From: Planctomycetota bacterium | GTDB taxonomy: Bacteria; Planctomycetota; B15-G4; JADJEK01 | Length of the DNA stretch: 55,240 bases | Direction: 5' to 3' | Assembly (NCBI GenBank): GCA_044225365.1 | Contig: JBGAIQ010000039.1 | Location: forward strand, 1-55,240 | In this document: positions 47,029 to 55,240 of the stretch, one piece after another | Layout: each line of letters opens with the position of its first letter | Numbering within the stretch: the stretch's first letter is position 1 | Translations under genes and position numbers: made by a program | The notes under the pieces: model-generated | Told to the model about the DNA's origin: nothing | Databases searched by the model: none | Seen by the model: the letters and a program-made list of their open reading frames with translations, nothing else

Positions 47029-48822
47029 CCGAACGAGATGATCCACGAGCTGATCGGCGACGAAGCCGCGGCCCTTCTCGGGCGAGTGCGGGAAACACTC
47101 AGCGCCCTCTCTGGAATCGCCACCGAGCTCGATCCGCACGGAGAGATCGCCAAGAACGCGAAACTCGTCCGGGAACACGTCGACGAGTTCTTCCTCCTCG
47201 TCGTGATCGGTGAGGTCAAGTCGGGGAAGTCGTCGTTCATCAATGCGCTCCTCGGCGAGAAGGTCCAGGCCGAAGGACCGCTGCCGCTCACCGATCGAAT
47301 CTGGGTGCTGCGCCACGGCGACAATGCGACCGAACGGATTCGCGACGAGTACGTCTACGAGAAGACGCATCCGAATCGGCTGCTGCGCCTGTTCAACATG
47401 GTGGACACGCCGGGCACGAATTCGATCATCCATCGCCACGGCGAGATCACGCTCTCCTACATCCCGAAGGCAGACCTCACGCTCTTCGTCACCTCGATCG
47501 ACCGCCCGTTCTCGGAGTCGGAACATCAGTTCCTCAACTTCGTGAACGCGAAGTGGCGCAAGAAGGTGATCTTCATCCTGACGAAGGTCGACACTCGCGA
47601 GCCCGAGGACGTCGTGCCGGTCGTCGACTTCATCAAGCAAAACTGCAAACGCTTCCTCGAATTCGAGCCTCGCGTCTTCCCGATCTCGGCCAAACTCGCA
47701 AATCAGGCGCGCGAGAGCGGCAATGCCGAATTGCTGCGTCGCAGCGGTTTGCCGGATCTCGAGAACTTCCTGGCATCGAGTCTCGCTGAACAGGAACGCG
47801 TACGGCTGAAGTTGTCGAGTCCGGTCGAGTCCGGCCTCGCGCTCATCGAACAGATCGACGCGATCTGTAAGGAACGTCGCCAGCTCCTCGAGCGGGATTT
47901 CCAATCGCTCTCCGACCTCGACGCCCAGCTCACGCAGGCCGCCGTCGAGATGAAGGAGCGCTACAACGTCTACGTCGTACGCCTCTACGACCTCCTGCGC
48001 GAGTTCGAGCGCCGCGGCAAGAACTTCCTCGAGAACGTCATCCGCGTGCAGAACTTCGGGCTCCTGCGCGATCCCGACACCTTCAAGCGACGATTCGAGA
48101 AGGAAGTCGTCGCCGACATGCAGGAGCAGATCCAGAAGGTGATGCACGAGTCGTCGGATTGGCTGATGAAGGAGGAGATCGCCCTGTTCGAGCGCTCGAT
48201 GCGCTACCTCGCCGATCGCCTCGTGATCGACAAGTATCGCGATCGCGTCGCGTCGCGACCGCCTCACGAGCACAGCTTCGACTATCACCGCGACCAGCTC
48301 GTCGCCTCGATCCAGGCGACGTTCCAGCGCGAGGTCGACCGCTTCGACGTCGCGGGCGAATGCAATCGCGTCATGGAGCAGGCCTATCGCGGAGTGCTCC
48401 ATCAGGTGGGAATCCAAACCGGGGCCGTCGGAGTCGGCGCGCTGCTCTTCACGATCCTCACGGGAGCCGCGATGGTGATCACGGGAGTGATCGCTGCCGG
48501 CCTCTTGTTCGCGGCGGGCTTCGTCATCCTGCCGCGCACGAAGCGACGCGCGATCCAGGAGTTCTCGATGAAGGTGGACGCGCTCATCCGGGAGTTCCGG
48601 CGCGCGATCTGCATCGAGTTCGACAACGAGATCGATCAATGCACGGGCCGCTTGCGGAGCGCCTACGAGCCCTATCTGCAGTTTTACAGGGCCGAGACAT
48701 CGATCCTCACCCGCACCGAGGATCATGAGAAACAGATCCGGCTCCAACTGCTCACGTTGCTCGACTCGATCAAGGCACTGAAGCCGCGCGTGGGATCGAC
48801 TGCGGGTCAAGACTCGGCTTGA
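47026..48822 (+). CDS. Bacterial dynamin-like GTPase (FZL/mitofusin-like)
   Basis: GEVKSGKSSFINALLG, VDTPGTNS, TKVD; helical stalk; hydrophobic hairpin near the C-terminus. Confidence 0.9.
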   Translation: MPNEMIHELIGDEAAALLGRVRETLSALSGIATELDPHGEIAKNAKLVREHVDEFFLLVVIGEVKSGKSSFINALLGEKVQAEGPLPLTDRIWVLRHGDNATERIRDEYVYEKTHPNRLLRLFNMVDTPGTNSIIHRHGEITLSYIPKADLTLFVTSIDRPFSESEHQFLNFVNAKWRKKVIFILTKVDTREPEDVVPVVDFIKQNCKRFLEFEPRVFPISAKLANQARESGNAELLRRSGLPDLENFLASSLAEQERVRLKLSSPVESGLALIEQIDAICKERRQLLERDFQSLSDLDAQLTQAAVEMKERYNVYVVRLYDLLREFERRGKNFLENVIRVQNFGLLRDPDTFKRRFEKEVVADMQEQIQKVMHESSDWLMKEEIALFERSMRYLADRLVIDKYRDRVASRPPHEHSFDYHRDQLVASIQATFQREVDRFDVAGECNRVMEQAYRGVLHQVGIQTGAVGVGALLFTILTGAAMVITGVIAAGLLFAAGFVILPRTKRRAIQEFSMKVDALIREFRRAICIEFDNEIDQCTGRLRSAYEPYLQFYRAETSILTRTEDHEKQIRLQLLTLLDSIKALKPRVGSTAGQDSA

Positions 48823-48839
48823 ACCGAGCCGAAAGACGG

Positions 48840-49634
48840 ATGACCATGAAGCGCGCCCACAGTGCGGTCCTACTCTTGCTCAGTCTCGCCCTCGCCGGCT
48901 GTCGTGGCACGAACCTCGGCCGCTACGGCAGCTCGCGCGCGCTCGACTTCATGGATTCGATCCCCGTGAGCGTGGGCGGCGGCCTTGGCTTGCTCGCGGA
49001 AGTACGCGCGACGCCCTTCGTCGGCCTCGGCATCGGCTACGCCGACATGGTGCGCGCTGGAATCGACGATCAGCGCTTCGGACCTTTGTGGACCGAGAAG
49101 GAGCGCGGATACCCGATCGTCACCTATTACCGCATCCAGGCGTACGTCGATCGCGAAGACCGCTGGTCGGGTGGCGACGCCAATTGGCGCGACGAGGAGT
49201 ATCGGGGCCGCGGATCGTCGTGGATCATCCTGCCCGCGTTTCCCCGCGATGGCGAATCGTTCGTTCCGCTGCCGGGGCCGCTCGACAAGCCCGAGCGCGA
49301 ACTGTGGAACTTCGATCCTTGGTTGCCCTTCACTCCACCCTACGTGCAATGGGTGGCGTACGAGTGGCCGCTCTACTCGTGGGTCAACATCCTCAACGTC
49401 GAAGTCGGTGTCGATGTCGGCGTCGTCGGTCTGCGCGTGGGCGTGTCTCCGATCCAGCTCCTCGATTTCGTCGGCGGCATCTTCCTCTTCGACTTCGCGC
49501 GGGACGATGTGCGGGAGTACCCGACGTTGTGGCCCGACCCCGAGGCAGAGACATCGTTCCCGGAAACGATGAAGAAACCGCCACCGCCCAAGACGACCGC
49601 CGCGCCCGCCGCGGCACCCGCCAAATCACGGTGA
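48840..49634 (+). CDS. Hypothetical lipoprotein
   Basis: LALAGC lipobox; beta-strand-like segments; 17 nt after the dynamin stop. Confidence 0.72.
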   Translation: MTMKRAHSAVLLLLSLALAGCRGTNLGRYGSSRALDFMDSIPVSVGGGLGLLAEVRATPFVGLGIGYADMVRAGIDDQRFGPLWTEKERGYPIVTYYRIQAYVDREDRWSGGDANWRDEEYRGRGSSWIILPAFPRDGESFVPLPGPLDKPERELWNFDPWLPFTPPYVQWVAYEWPLYSWVNILNVEVGVDVGVVGLRVGVSPIQLLDFVGGIFLFDFARDDVREYPTLWPDPEAETSFPETMKKPPPPKTTAAPAAAPAKSR

Positions 49635-49642
49635 TCCGCGTC

Positions 49643-50344
49643 TCAGAGGTTCGTTGCGCTCTTCGTCTCTGCCCGTAGCGCTTCGAGCACGCCGACGAGT
49701 TCGGCGGTGAGCGGCGCTTCGATCGTGATCCACTCGCGCTTCTTGGCGTGGAAGATCACGAGTCGCTCGGAGTGCAGGAAGAGCCGATGGAGGCCGTAGC
49801 GATTGCGGAACTCGACGTTGATTCGACCCTTGCCGTAGGTCGTGTCCCCGATGACGTGGTGCGCACCGTGATTCAGGTGGCGCCGGATCTGATGCTGCCT
49901 TCCGGTGTGGATCCGCGCTCGCACGAGGGCGCATTTCGAAAATCTTTCGAGCGTGAGGAACTCGCTGTGAGCGGCCTGCGGCGCCCCCTCCGCGGAGCGC
50001 AGCGGACGAATGGAGAACCATTCGTCCGGGGGCGACCCGCGCACGAGCACGAGGTACTCCTTGCGCGACTCGTAGTCGTTCATCGCCCGCTGGACCCAGT
50101 GGACGGAGCGGCTATCCAGGGTGAACAGCACGATTCCCGACGCACCGCGATCGATGCGATGCACGGGATACACGTACTGCCCGACATGGTCGCGAACGCG
50201 TTGAAGGAGCGCATCGATATCGGTGGAGATCTTCGAACGGTGCACGAGGAGGCCGCTCGGTTTGGAGACCGCGATCAATTCGTCGTCGCGGTAGACCTCA
50301 CAAACCGGCAGCGGCGCCGGCGAATTCGCATCGCTTTCGGCCAT
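49643..50344 (-). CDS. truC: RluA-family pseudouridine synthase (TruC-like)
   Basis: KPSGLLVHRS, VYPVHRIDRGASG, TGRQHQIRRHL, IGDTTYGKG, LFLH. Confidence 0.8.
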   Translation of the reverse strand: MAESDANSPAPLPVCEVYRDDELIAVSKPSGLLVHRSKISTDIDALLQRVRDHVGQYVYPVHRIDRGASGIVLFTLDSRSVHWVQRAMNDYESRKEYLVLVRGSPPDEWFSIRPLRSAEGAPQAAHSEFLTLERFSKCALVRARIHTGRQHQIRRHLNHGAHHVIGDTTYGKGRINVEFRNRYGLHRLFLHSERLVIFHAKKREWITIEAPLTAELVGVLEALRAETKSATNL

Positions 50345-50506
50345 GGATCCTGGATGCTGTGGCGAGATTCGAATCACGACCTTTCGAAGCGTACCCTTGA
50401 CGAGGTTGCTGCGGTTTCACTCTGATCTTAAGAACGCGGGCCCGATGCTCCGAAGTTTTGCGAGATCGACCAGCGCGGAGAAGTCGCACGGCGTGCGATC
50501 ACATGC

Positions 50507-52786
50507 ATGAAGAAACGGCTCGTCATCGTCGAATCGCCGGCCAAGGCGAAGACCATCAACAAGTATCTCGGCAAGGACTACATCGTGAAGGCCTCGATGG
50601 GCCACGTTCGCGATCTGCCGAAGACGAAGCTCGGAATCGACGTCGAGCACGACTTCGCGCCGAAGTACACGCTGATCAAGACGCGCAGCGACGTGGTGAA
50701 GGAGCTGCGCAAGATCGCGAAGGAATCGGACAAGGTCTTCCTCGCACCCGACCCCGACCGCGAGGGAGAAGCGATCGCCTGGCACTTGCAGGAGACGCTC
50801 GACGTTGCCGACAGCAAGGTCTTCCGCGTCACCTTCAACGAGATCACGAAGAACGCGGTGAAGGCCGCGATCGACAACCCGGGCAAGATCAATCCGTCGC
50901 TCGTCAACGCGCAGCAAGCTCGCCGCATCCTCGACCGTCTCGTCGGTTACAAGCTCTCTCCGCTGCTCTGGGCGAAGATCGCCCGCGGTCTCTCCGCGGG
51001 TCGCGTGCAGTCGGTCGCCGTTCGACTCATCGTCGAGCGCGAGAAGGAGATTCGAGCGTTCAAGTCCGATGAGTACTGGAAGGTACTCGCGTCGCTCATC
51101 AAGACCGACCCGGAGAAGAAGTCGACGACGGGCCGCGCCTTCGAAGCGGAGCTGAAGCGCCGCGATGGTCTCGCGTTCGAGCCAAAGAACGGCGAGGAGG
51201 CGCAGAAGGTCCTCGACGACCTCAAGACGGCGACGTTCAAGATCGCGGCGGTCGAGAAGAAGACGAAGTCGATGAAGGCGCCGCCGCCGCTCTCGACCTC
51301 ACTCCTTCAGCAGCAGGCGTCGATCCGCTTGCGCTTCACCGCGCAACGCACCATGCGGGTCGCGCAGCAGCTCTACGAAGGCGTGGACATCGGCGGCGAT
51401 GAAGGTCCTACGGGTCTCATCACCTACATGCGTACGGACTCGTATCGACTCGCCAACGAAGCTCTCGCGGCGACGCGTTCGTTCGTCGAGAAGTCGTTCG
51501 GCGCGAGCTACCTGCCCGAGAAGCCGAACACGTTCCACGCTCGCAAGGGTGCGCAGGAAGCGCACGAAGCGATCCGGCCGACGGACATCGAGCGCACTCC
51601 CGACTCGCTGAAGAACAAGCTCACGAACGAGCAGTATCGACTCTACAAGCTGATCTGGGAGCGTGTCGTCGCCTGTCAGATGGCGAATGCCGTGTTCGAT
51701 CAGACATCCGCGACGATCGAAGCGGGTGCCTATCAGTTCTCGGCCCGCGGTCGCGCGTTGCGCTTCGACGGCCATTTGCGCATCACGGGTACCGAGCAGC
51801 TCGAAAAGGAGCAGGACCTGCCGCCGCTCGACGCCGGCGACCTGCTCACGGCAGCGAGCGAAGTGAAGGCGACCCAGCACTTCACCGAACCGCCCGCGCG
51901 CTACACGGAAGCCACGCTCGTGAAGGCGCTCGAGAAGAACGGCATCGGCCGGCCGTCGACGTATGCGACGATCATCTCGACGGTGCAGGCTCGCGGCTAC
52001 GTGAAGCTCACCGAGCGCAAGTTCCACGCGACGGAACTCGGCGAGATCGTCAACACGTCGCTCGTCGACCATTTCCCGAAGCTCGTCGACTACGACTTCA
52101 CCGCGCTCATGGAGCGCCAGCTCGACGACGTCGAAGCCGAGCGCGCGGATTGGCTCGCGATCGTCCGCGACTTCTACACGGACTTCGCGCTGCAGATCGA
52201 CAAGGCGCAAGAAGGCATGCCGAGCATGAAGGCGCTGAAGTCGCCTTCGGGAGAGACGTGTCCGAACTGCGGCAAGGACATGCTGCTGCGCTTCAACCGC
52301 TTCGGCAAGTTCCTCGGCTGCTCGGGCTATCCCGAATGCAAGTTCATCATGCGTCCCGGCAAGGACGGCGCGCCGGGGGAGCCTCGGCAAGAACCGGAGA
52401 AGACCGACGAGATCTGCGGCAAGTGCGGCGCACCGATGGTCATTCGGGCGGGACGCCGCGGTCGCTTCATGGCCTGCTCCGCGTTTCCGAAGTGTCGCAA
52501 CACGTTCTCGCTGGATGCCGAAGGCAAGCCCATCAAGCCGATCATCAGCGAAGTTCCGTGCGAGAAGTGCTCGGCGCCGCTCGTGGTCCGGTTCTCGAAG
52601 CGCGGCCCTTTCCTCGGTTGTCCGAACTACCCGAAGTGTCGCGGCACGAAGCCGTTGCCGGACGACATGAAGGAGATGGTGCGTCTCCTCCGCCCGCCGA
52701 AGAAGAAGGCGGAGGGCGAGCCCGTCGACGAAGCCACCGAGCCCTCCGAAGTGCCCGCGGAGATCACCGACGGCGACTCCGAGTGA
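50507..52786 (+). CDS. topA: DNA topoisomerase I
   Basis: LVIVESPAKAKTI, DPDREGEAIAW, SAGRVQS, GLITYMRTDS, GIGRPSTY; three C4 zinc ribbons. Confidence 0.97.
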   Translation: MKKRLVIVESPAKAKTINKYLGKDYIVKASMGHVRDLPKTKLGIDVEHDFAPKYTLIKTRSDVVKELRKIAKESDKVFLAPDPDREGEAIAWHLQETLDVADSKVFRVTFNEITKNAVKAAIDNPGKINPSLVNAQQARRILDRLVGYKLSPLLWAKIARGLSAGRVQSVAVRLIVEREKEIRAFKSDEYWKVLASLIKTDPEKKSTTGRAFEAELKRRDGLAFEPKNGEEAQKVLDDLKTATFKIAAVEKKTKSMKAPPPLSTSLLQQQASIRLRFTAQRTMRVAQQLYEGVDIGGDEGPTGLITYMRTDSYRLANEALAATRSFVEKSFGASYLPEKPNTFHARKGAQEAHEAIRPTDIERTPDSLKNKLTNEQYRLYKLIWERVVACQMANAVFDQTSATIEAGAYQFSARGRALRFDGHLRITGTEQLEKEQDLPPLDAGDLLTAASEVKATQHFTEPPARYTEATLVKALEKNGIGRPSTYATIISTVQARGYVKLTERKFHATELGEIVNTSLVDHFPKLVDYDFTALMERQLDDVEAERADWLAIVRDFYTDFALQIDKAQEGMPSMKALKSPSGETCPNCGKDMLLRFNRFGKFLGCSGYPECKFIMRPGKDGAPGEPRQEPEKTDEICGKCGAPMVIRAGRRGRFMACSAFPKCRNTFSLDAEGKPIKPIISEVPCEKCSAPLVVRFSKRGPFLGCPNYPKCRGTKPLPDDMKEMVRLLRPPKKKAEGEPVDEATEPSEVPAEITDGDSE

Positions 52787-52959
52787 CCGCGTTCCTTGGT
52801 GCTCGAAAGAACTCTCGATTCGGCTTCAGAACGGGTGCGATTCCCACATCGCAGAGCCTCCAAGTTACGGTGAGTTTGGCTCAAGGAAGAAGTCGATAAG
52901 CGGCGAAGTAGCGCCCGAACGCGGAGGTGACTCCCTCCGCGCTTTCGGAGACTTCCTTC

Positions 52960-53475
52960 ATGAAGCGCACGCCGGCCTTCACCTTCGTCGAACTCGTCGT
53001 CGTCGTTGCCGTCATCCTCGCCCTCGCCGGGATCATCACGCCCTACGTATCGCGAGATCTCTCGGAGACCAAGGACCGAACGGCCCAGTCCGACGTGAAT
53101 CGCATCACGAGTGCGATCAACCGGTACATGAACGACACATTGCTGCCGCCGACCGGGGAGCAGGGAAAGCGCAGCTTCCACTTCCTCGTCGGACCTGGTG
53201 CCCCCCCCGTCGATAACTCGTTCAACTCCGGCGACTCGGCACCGCTCTCCGCGTTCTTCGAACACAACACGTGGAACAACGTCTCCTGGCGCGGGCCGTA
53301 CCTCGAGGACGTCGGGGCGGATCCATGGGGCTGTGCGTACATCGTGAACGTCGAGGGGTTCTGGAATCACGCCGAACGCATCTTCGTGATCTCCGCGGGG
53401 CCCGATCGCAAACTCGAGACGACGCCGACGGACGTGGAACCGAAGGGCGACGACGTCGCCAACATCATCAACTGA
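52960..53475 (+). CDS. gspG: Type II secretion major pseudopilin GspG-like protein
   Basis: PA|FTFVELVVVV prepilin motif (Ala rather than Gly at -1); WRGPYL, DPWG..Y, ISAGPD. Confidence 0.75.
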   Translation: MKRTPAFTFVELVVVVAVILALAGIITPYVSRDLSETKDRTAQSDVNRITSAINRYMNDTLLPPTGEQGKRSFHFLVGPGAPPVDNSFNSGDSAPLSAFFEHNTWNNVSWRGPYLEDVGADPWGCAYIVNVEGFWNHAERIFVISAGPDRKLETTPTDVEPKGDDVANIIN

Positions 53476-53495
53476 CGAGCGGGCAGGACTTCTCC

Positions 53496-55148
53496 ATGGA
53501 CAGTGGCAAGAACGACACCTCGACGGCTACGCCCGTTGCGAAGAAGGGCACGAGCGGGCGTTTCGGTGATCGTCTCGTCGAGCTCGGCATCATCACGGCC
53601 TCTCAACTTCGCGTCGCGCTCGAAGAGCAGAAGCGAACGGGCGAGCGCGTCGGTGAAGTCCTCGCAAGCCTCGGCTTCGTGCGGGATGAGCAGATCGTCA
53701 AGCTCGTCGCGGAGGATCTCGGAATCCCCTTCGTCAAGATCTCGGAAGTCCAGACCGACCCGTCGCTCAAGACGAAGTTCGATTCCGAATTCCTCTCACA
53801 ACGCGCCATCGCGCCTTTGCGCGAGGATCGCGGGATCCTGATCGTCGCGACCGCCCGGCCCGCCGACGTTGCATCGATCGATCAATTCCAGAAGGCGCTT
53901 CGCAAACCACTCCGAGTCGTGGCGGCGAGTCAGAACGACATTCGCGAGTACCTGAGCGGCTTCTCGAAACAAGAAGTCGCTCGCGACACCGCGGTCGGCG
54001 TCGACGAAGTCACCGATCAAGTCGAGTCATTGCTCGAACGCGCCATTCGCGAACGCGCTACGGATATCCACATCGAGCCGGACGAGAAGCTGCTGCGCGT
54101 TCGCTTGCGAATCGACGGCATCCTCCGCGCCGCCGATTCGTTCTCCGTGTCGACGGGACAGGCGCTCGTCGCGCGCGTGAAGGTCTTGGCGAACGTCGAT
54201 CTCGCGGAACATCGCAGACCCCAGGACGGGCGATTCGACTTCACGATGAACGGTCAGCGCTTCGACTTCCGTGTCTCCATTCGCCCCACCCGTCACGGCG
54301 AGAACATCGTCCTTCGCGTGCTCGAACGCAACGGCGGCAACGCTCGACTCGAGCAACTCCGCCTGCCGAAGGCGGTCGACGCGCACGTACGGAAGATCTG
54401 CGACATGCCGCACGGGCTGTTCCTCGTCGCGGGTCCGACGGGATCGGGCAAGACGACGACGCTCTACTCTGCGCTCCGAACGATCGACGCGATGGCGCGC
54501 AACGTCACGAGCATCGAAGACCCGATCGAGGGCGACCTGCCTCTCGTCCGTCAATCGCAGGTCGATCCCTCCATCGGTTTCGGTTTCGCCGAGGGCCTTC
54601 GATCGCTGCTTCGCCAGGATCCTGACGTGGTGCTCGTCGGGGAGATTCGCGATCGCGATACCGCCGAGATCGCGATGCGCGCGTCGCTCACGGGACACCT
54701 CGTATTCGCGACGCTGCACGCCAACGACTCGATCGCCGCCGTGCCCCGTCTCCTCGACATGGGAATCGAGCCGTTCTTGCTCAACACGTCTCTCATCGGA
54801 GTCCTCGCCCAACGACTCGTGCGAATGCTCTGCCCCGCCTGCAGGTTCGAAGACGCTCCCGATGATTTCGACCGCGCCCTGTTCGGTGACAAACCTCCCG
54901 AACGCGTGATCCACGCGAAGGGATGCAAGAAGTGCGGAAGCAGCGGTTTCTTGAAGCGCGCCGGGATCTTCGAACTGTTCATGCCCGACGGAGACTGCCG
55001 GAAGATCATCCTGAACGGATGCAACGCCACCGAGCTTCGAGCGCTCGCGATCCACAACGGTTTCAAGCCGATGTTCGTCGATAGTCGCCAGAAGGTCCGT
55101 GACGGAATCACATCGTCACGCGAAGTGATTCGCGTCTCCGTGTGTTGA
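53496..55148 (+). CDS. gspE: GspE/PilB-family secretion ATPase with MshEN-like N-terminus
   Basis: RFGDRLVELG.I...QL..AL.EQ...GERVGEVL; ATDIHIEP, GPTGSGKTTTLY, LRQDPDVVLVGEIRD, CPAC/CKKC. Confidence 0.92.
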   Translation: MDSGKNDTSTATPVAKKGTSGRFGDRLVELGIITASQLRVALEEQKRTGERVGEVLASLGFVRDEQIVKLVAEDLGIPFVKISEVQTDPSLKTKFDSEFLSQRAIAPLREDRGILIVATARPADVASIDQFQKALRKPLRVVAASQNDIREYLSGFSKQEVARDTAVGVDEVTDQVESLLERAIRERATDIHIEPDEKLLRVRLRIDGILRAADSFSVSTGQALVARVKVLANVDLAEHRRPQDGRFDFTMNGQRFDFRVSIRPTRHGENIVLRVLERNGGNARLEQLRLPKAVDAHVRKICDMPHGLFLVAGPTGSGKTTTLYSALRTIDAMARNVTSIEDPIEGDLPLVRQSQVDPSIGFGFAEGLRSLLRQDPDVVLVGEIRDRDTAEIAMRASLTGHLVFATLHANDSIAAVPRLLDMGIEPFLLNTSLIGVLAQRLVRMLCPACRFEDAPDDFDRALFGDKPPERVIHAKGCKKCGSSGFLKRAGIFELFMPDGDCRKIILNGCNATELRALAIHNGFKPMFVDSRQKVRDGITSSREVIRVSVC

Positions 55149-55178
55149 TCGAACGGCGACCCGCGCGGACGAACCGAT

Positions 55179-55240
55179 ATGGCGATCTACACCGTACGAG
55201 CGATCAACGCTGAGGGACGAATCCGAACGCGACGCGAATT
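55179..55240 (+). CDS. Start of probable GspF/PilC (truncated by the window end)
   Basis: MAIYTVRAINAEG resembles the GspF N-terminus; position directly after gspE. Confidence 0.55.
   Translation, partial: MAIYTVRAINAEGRIRTRRE

Overview
High-GC, gene-dense bacterial chromosomal segment. Gene content suggests an uncultured Planctomycetota-like organism (inference). About 51 CDS are present; I found no rRNA, tRNA, CRISPR array, integrase or transposase. Main contents: (i) a PIG-L deacetylase-potABCD-like polyamine ABC operon; (ii) a split but apparently complete non-phosphorylative L-fucose pathway (GH29 fucosidase, mutarotase, dehydrogenase, lactonase, dehydratase, SDR, FAH hydrolase) with lutABC directly behind the dehydratase; (iii) many envelope or secreted proteins (two HtrA proteases, M28 and M64 peptidases, thioredoxin-like proteins, an SGNH protein plus a 39-aa DUF5989/SxtK-like peptide); (iv) a UvrD helicase with an inserted DEDDh exonuclease, an FZL-like dynamin, a TruC-like synthase, topA and the start of a gspG-E-F operon. 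Non-coding highlights: two tandem arrays (76-bp and 78-bp period) of one REP-like hairpin family with compensatory stem changes, one of which has amplified the 3' end of the neighbouring gene; and a ~275-nt candidate structured ncRNA with C/U-rich loops and a strong terminator at ~44751-45025. All family assignments come from motif recognition by eye, not database searches, and start codons were re-chosen by hand.
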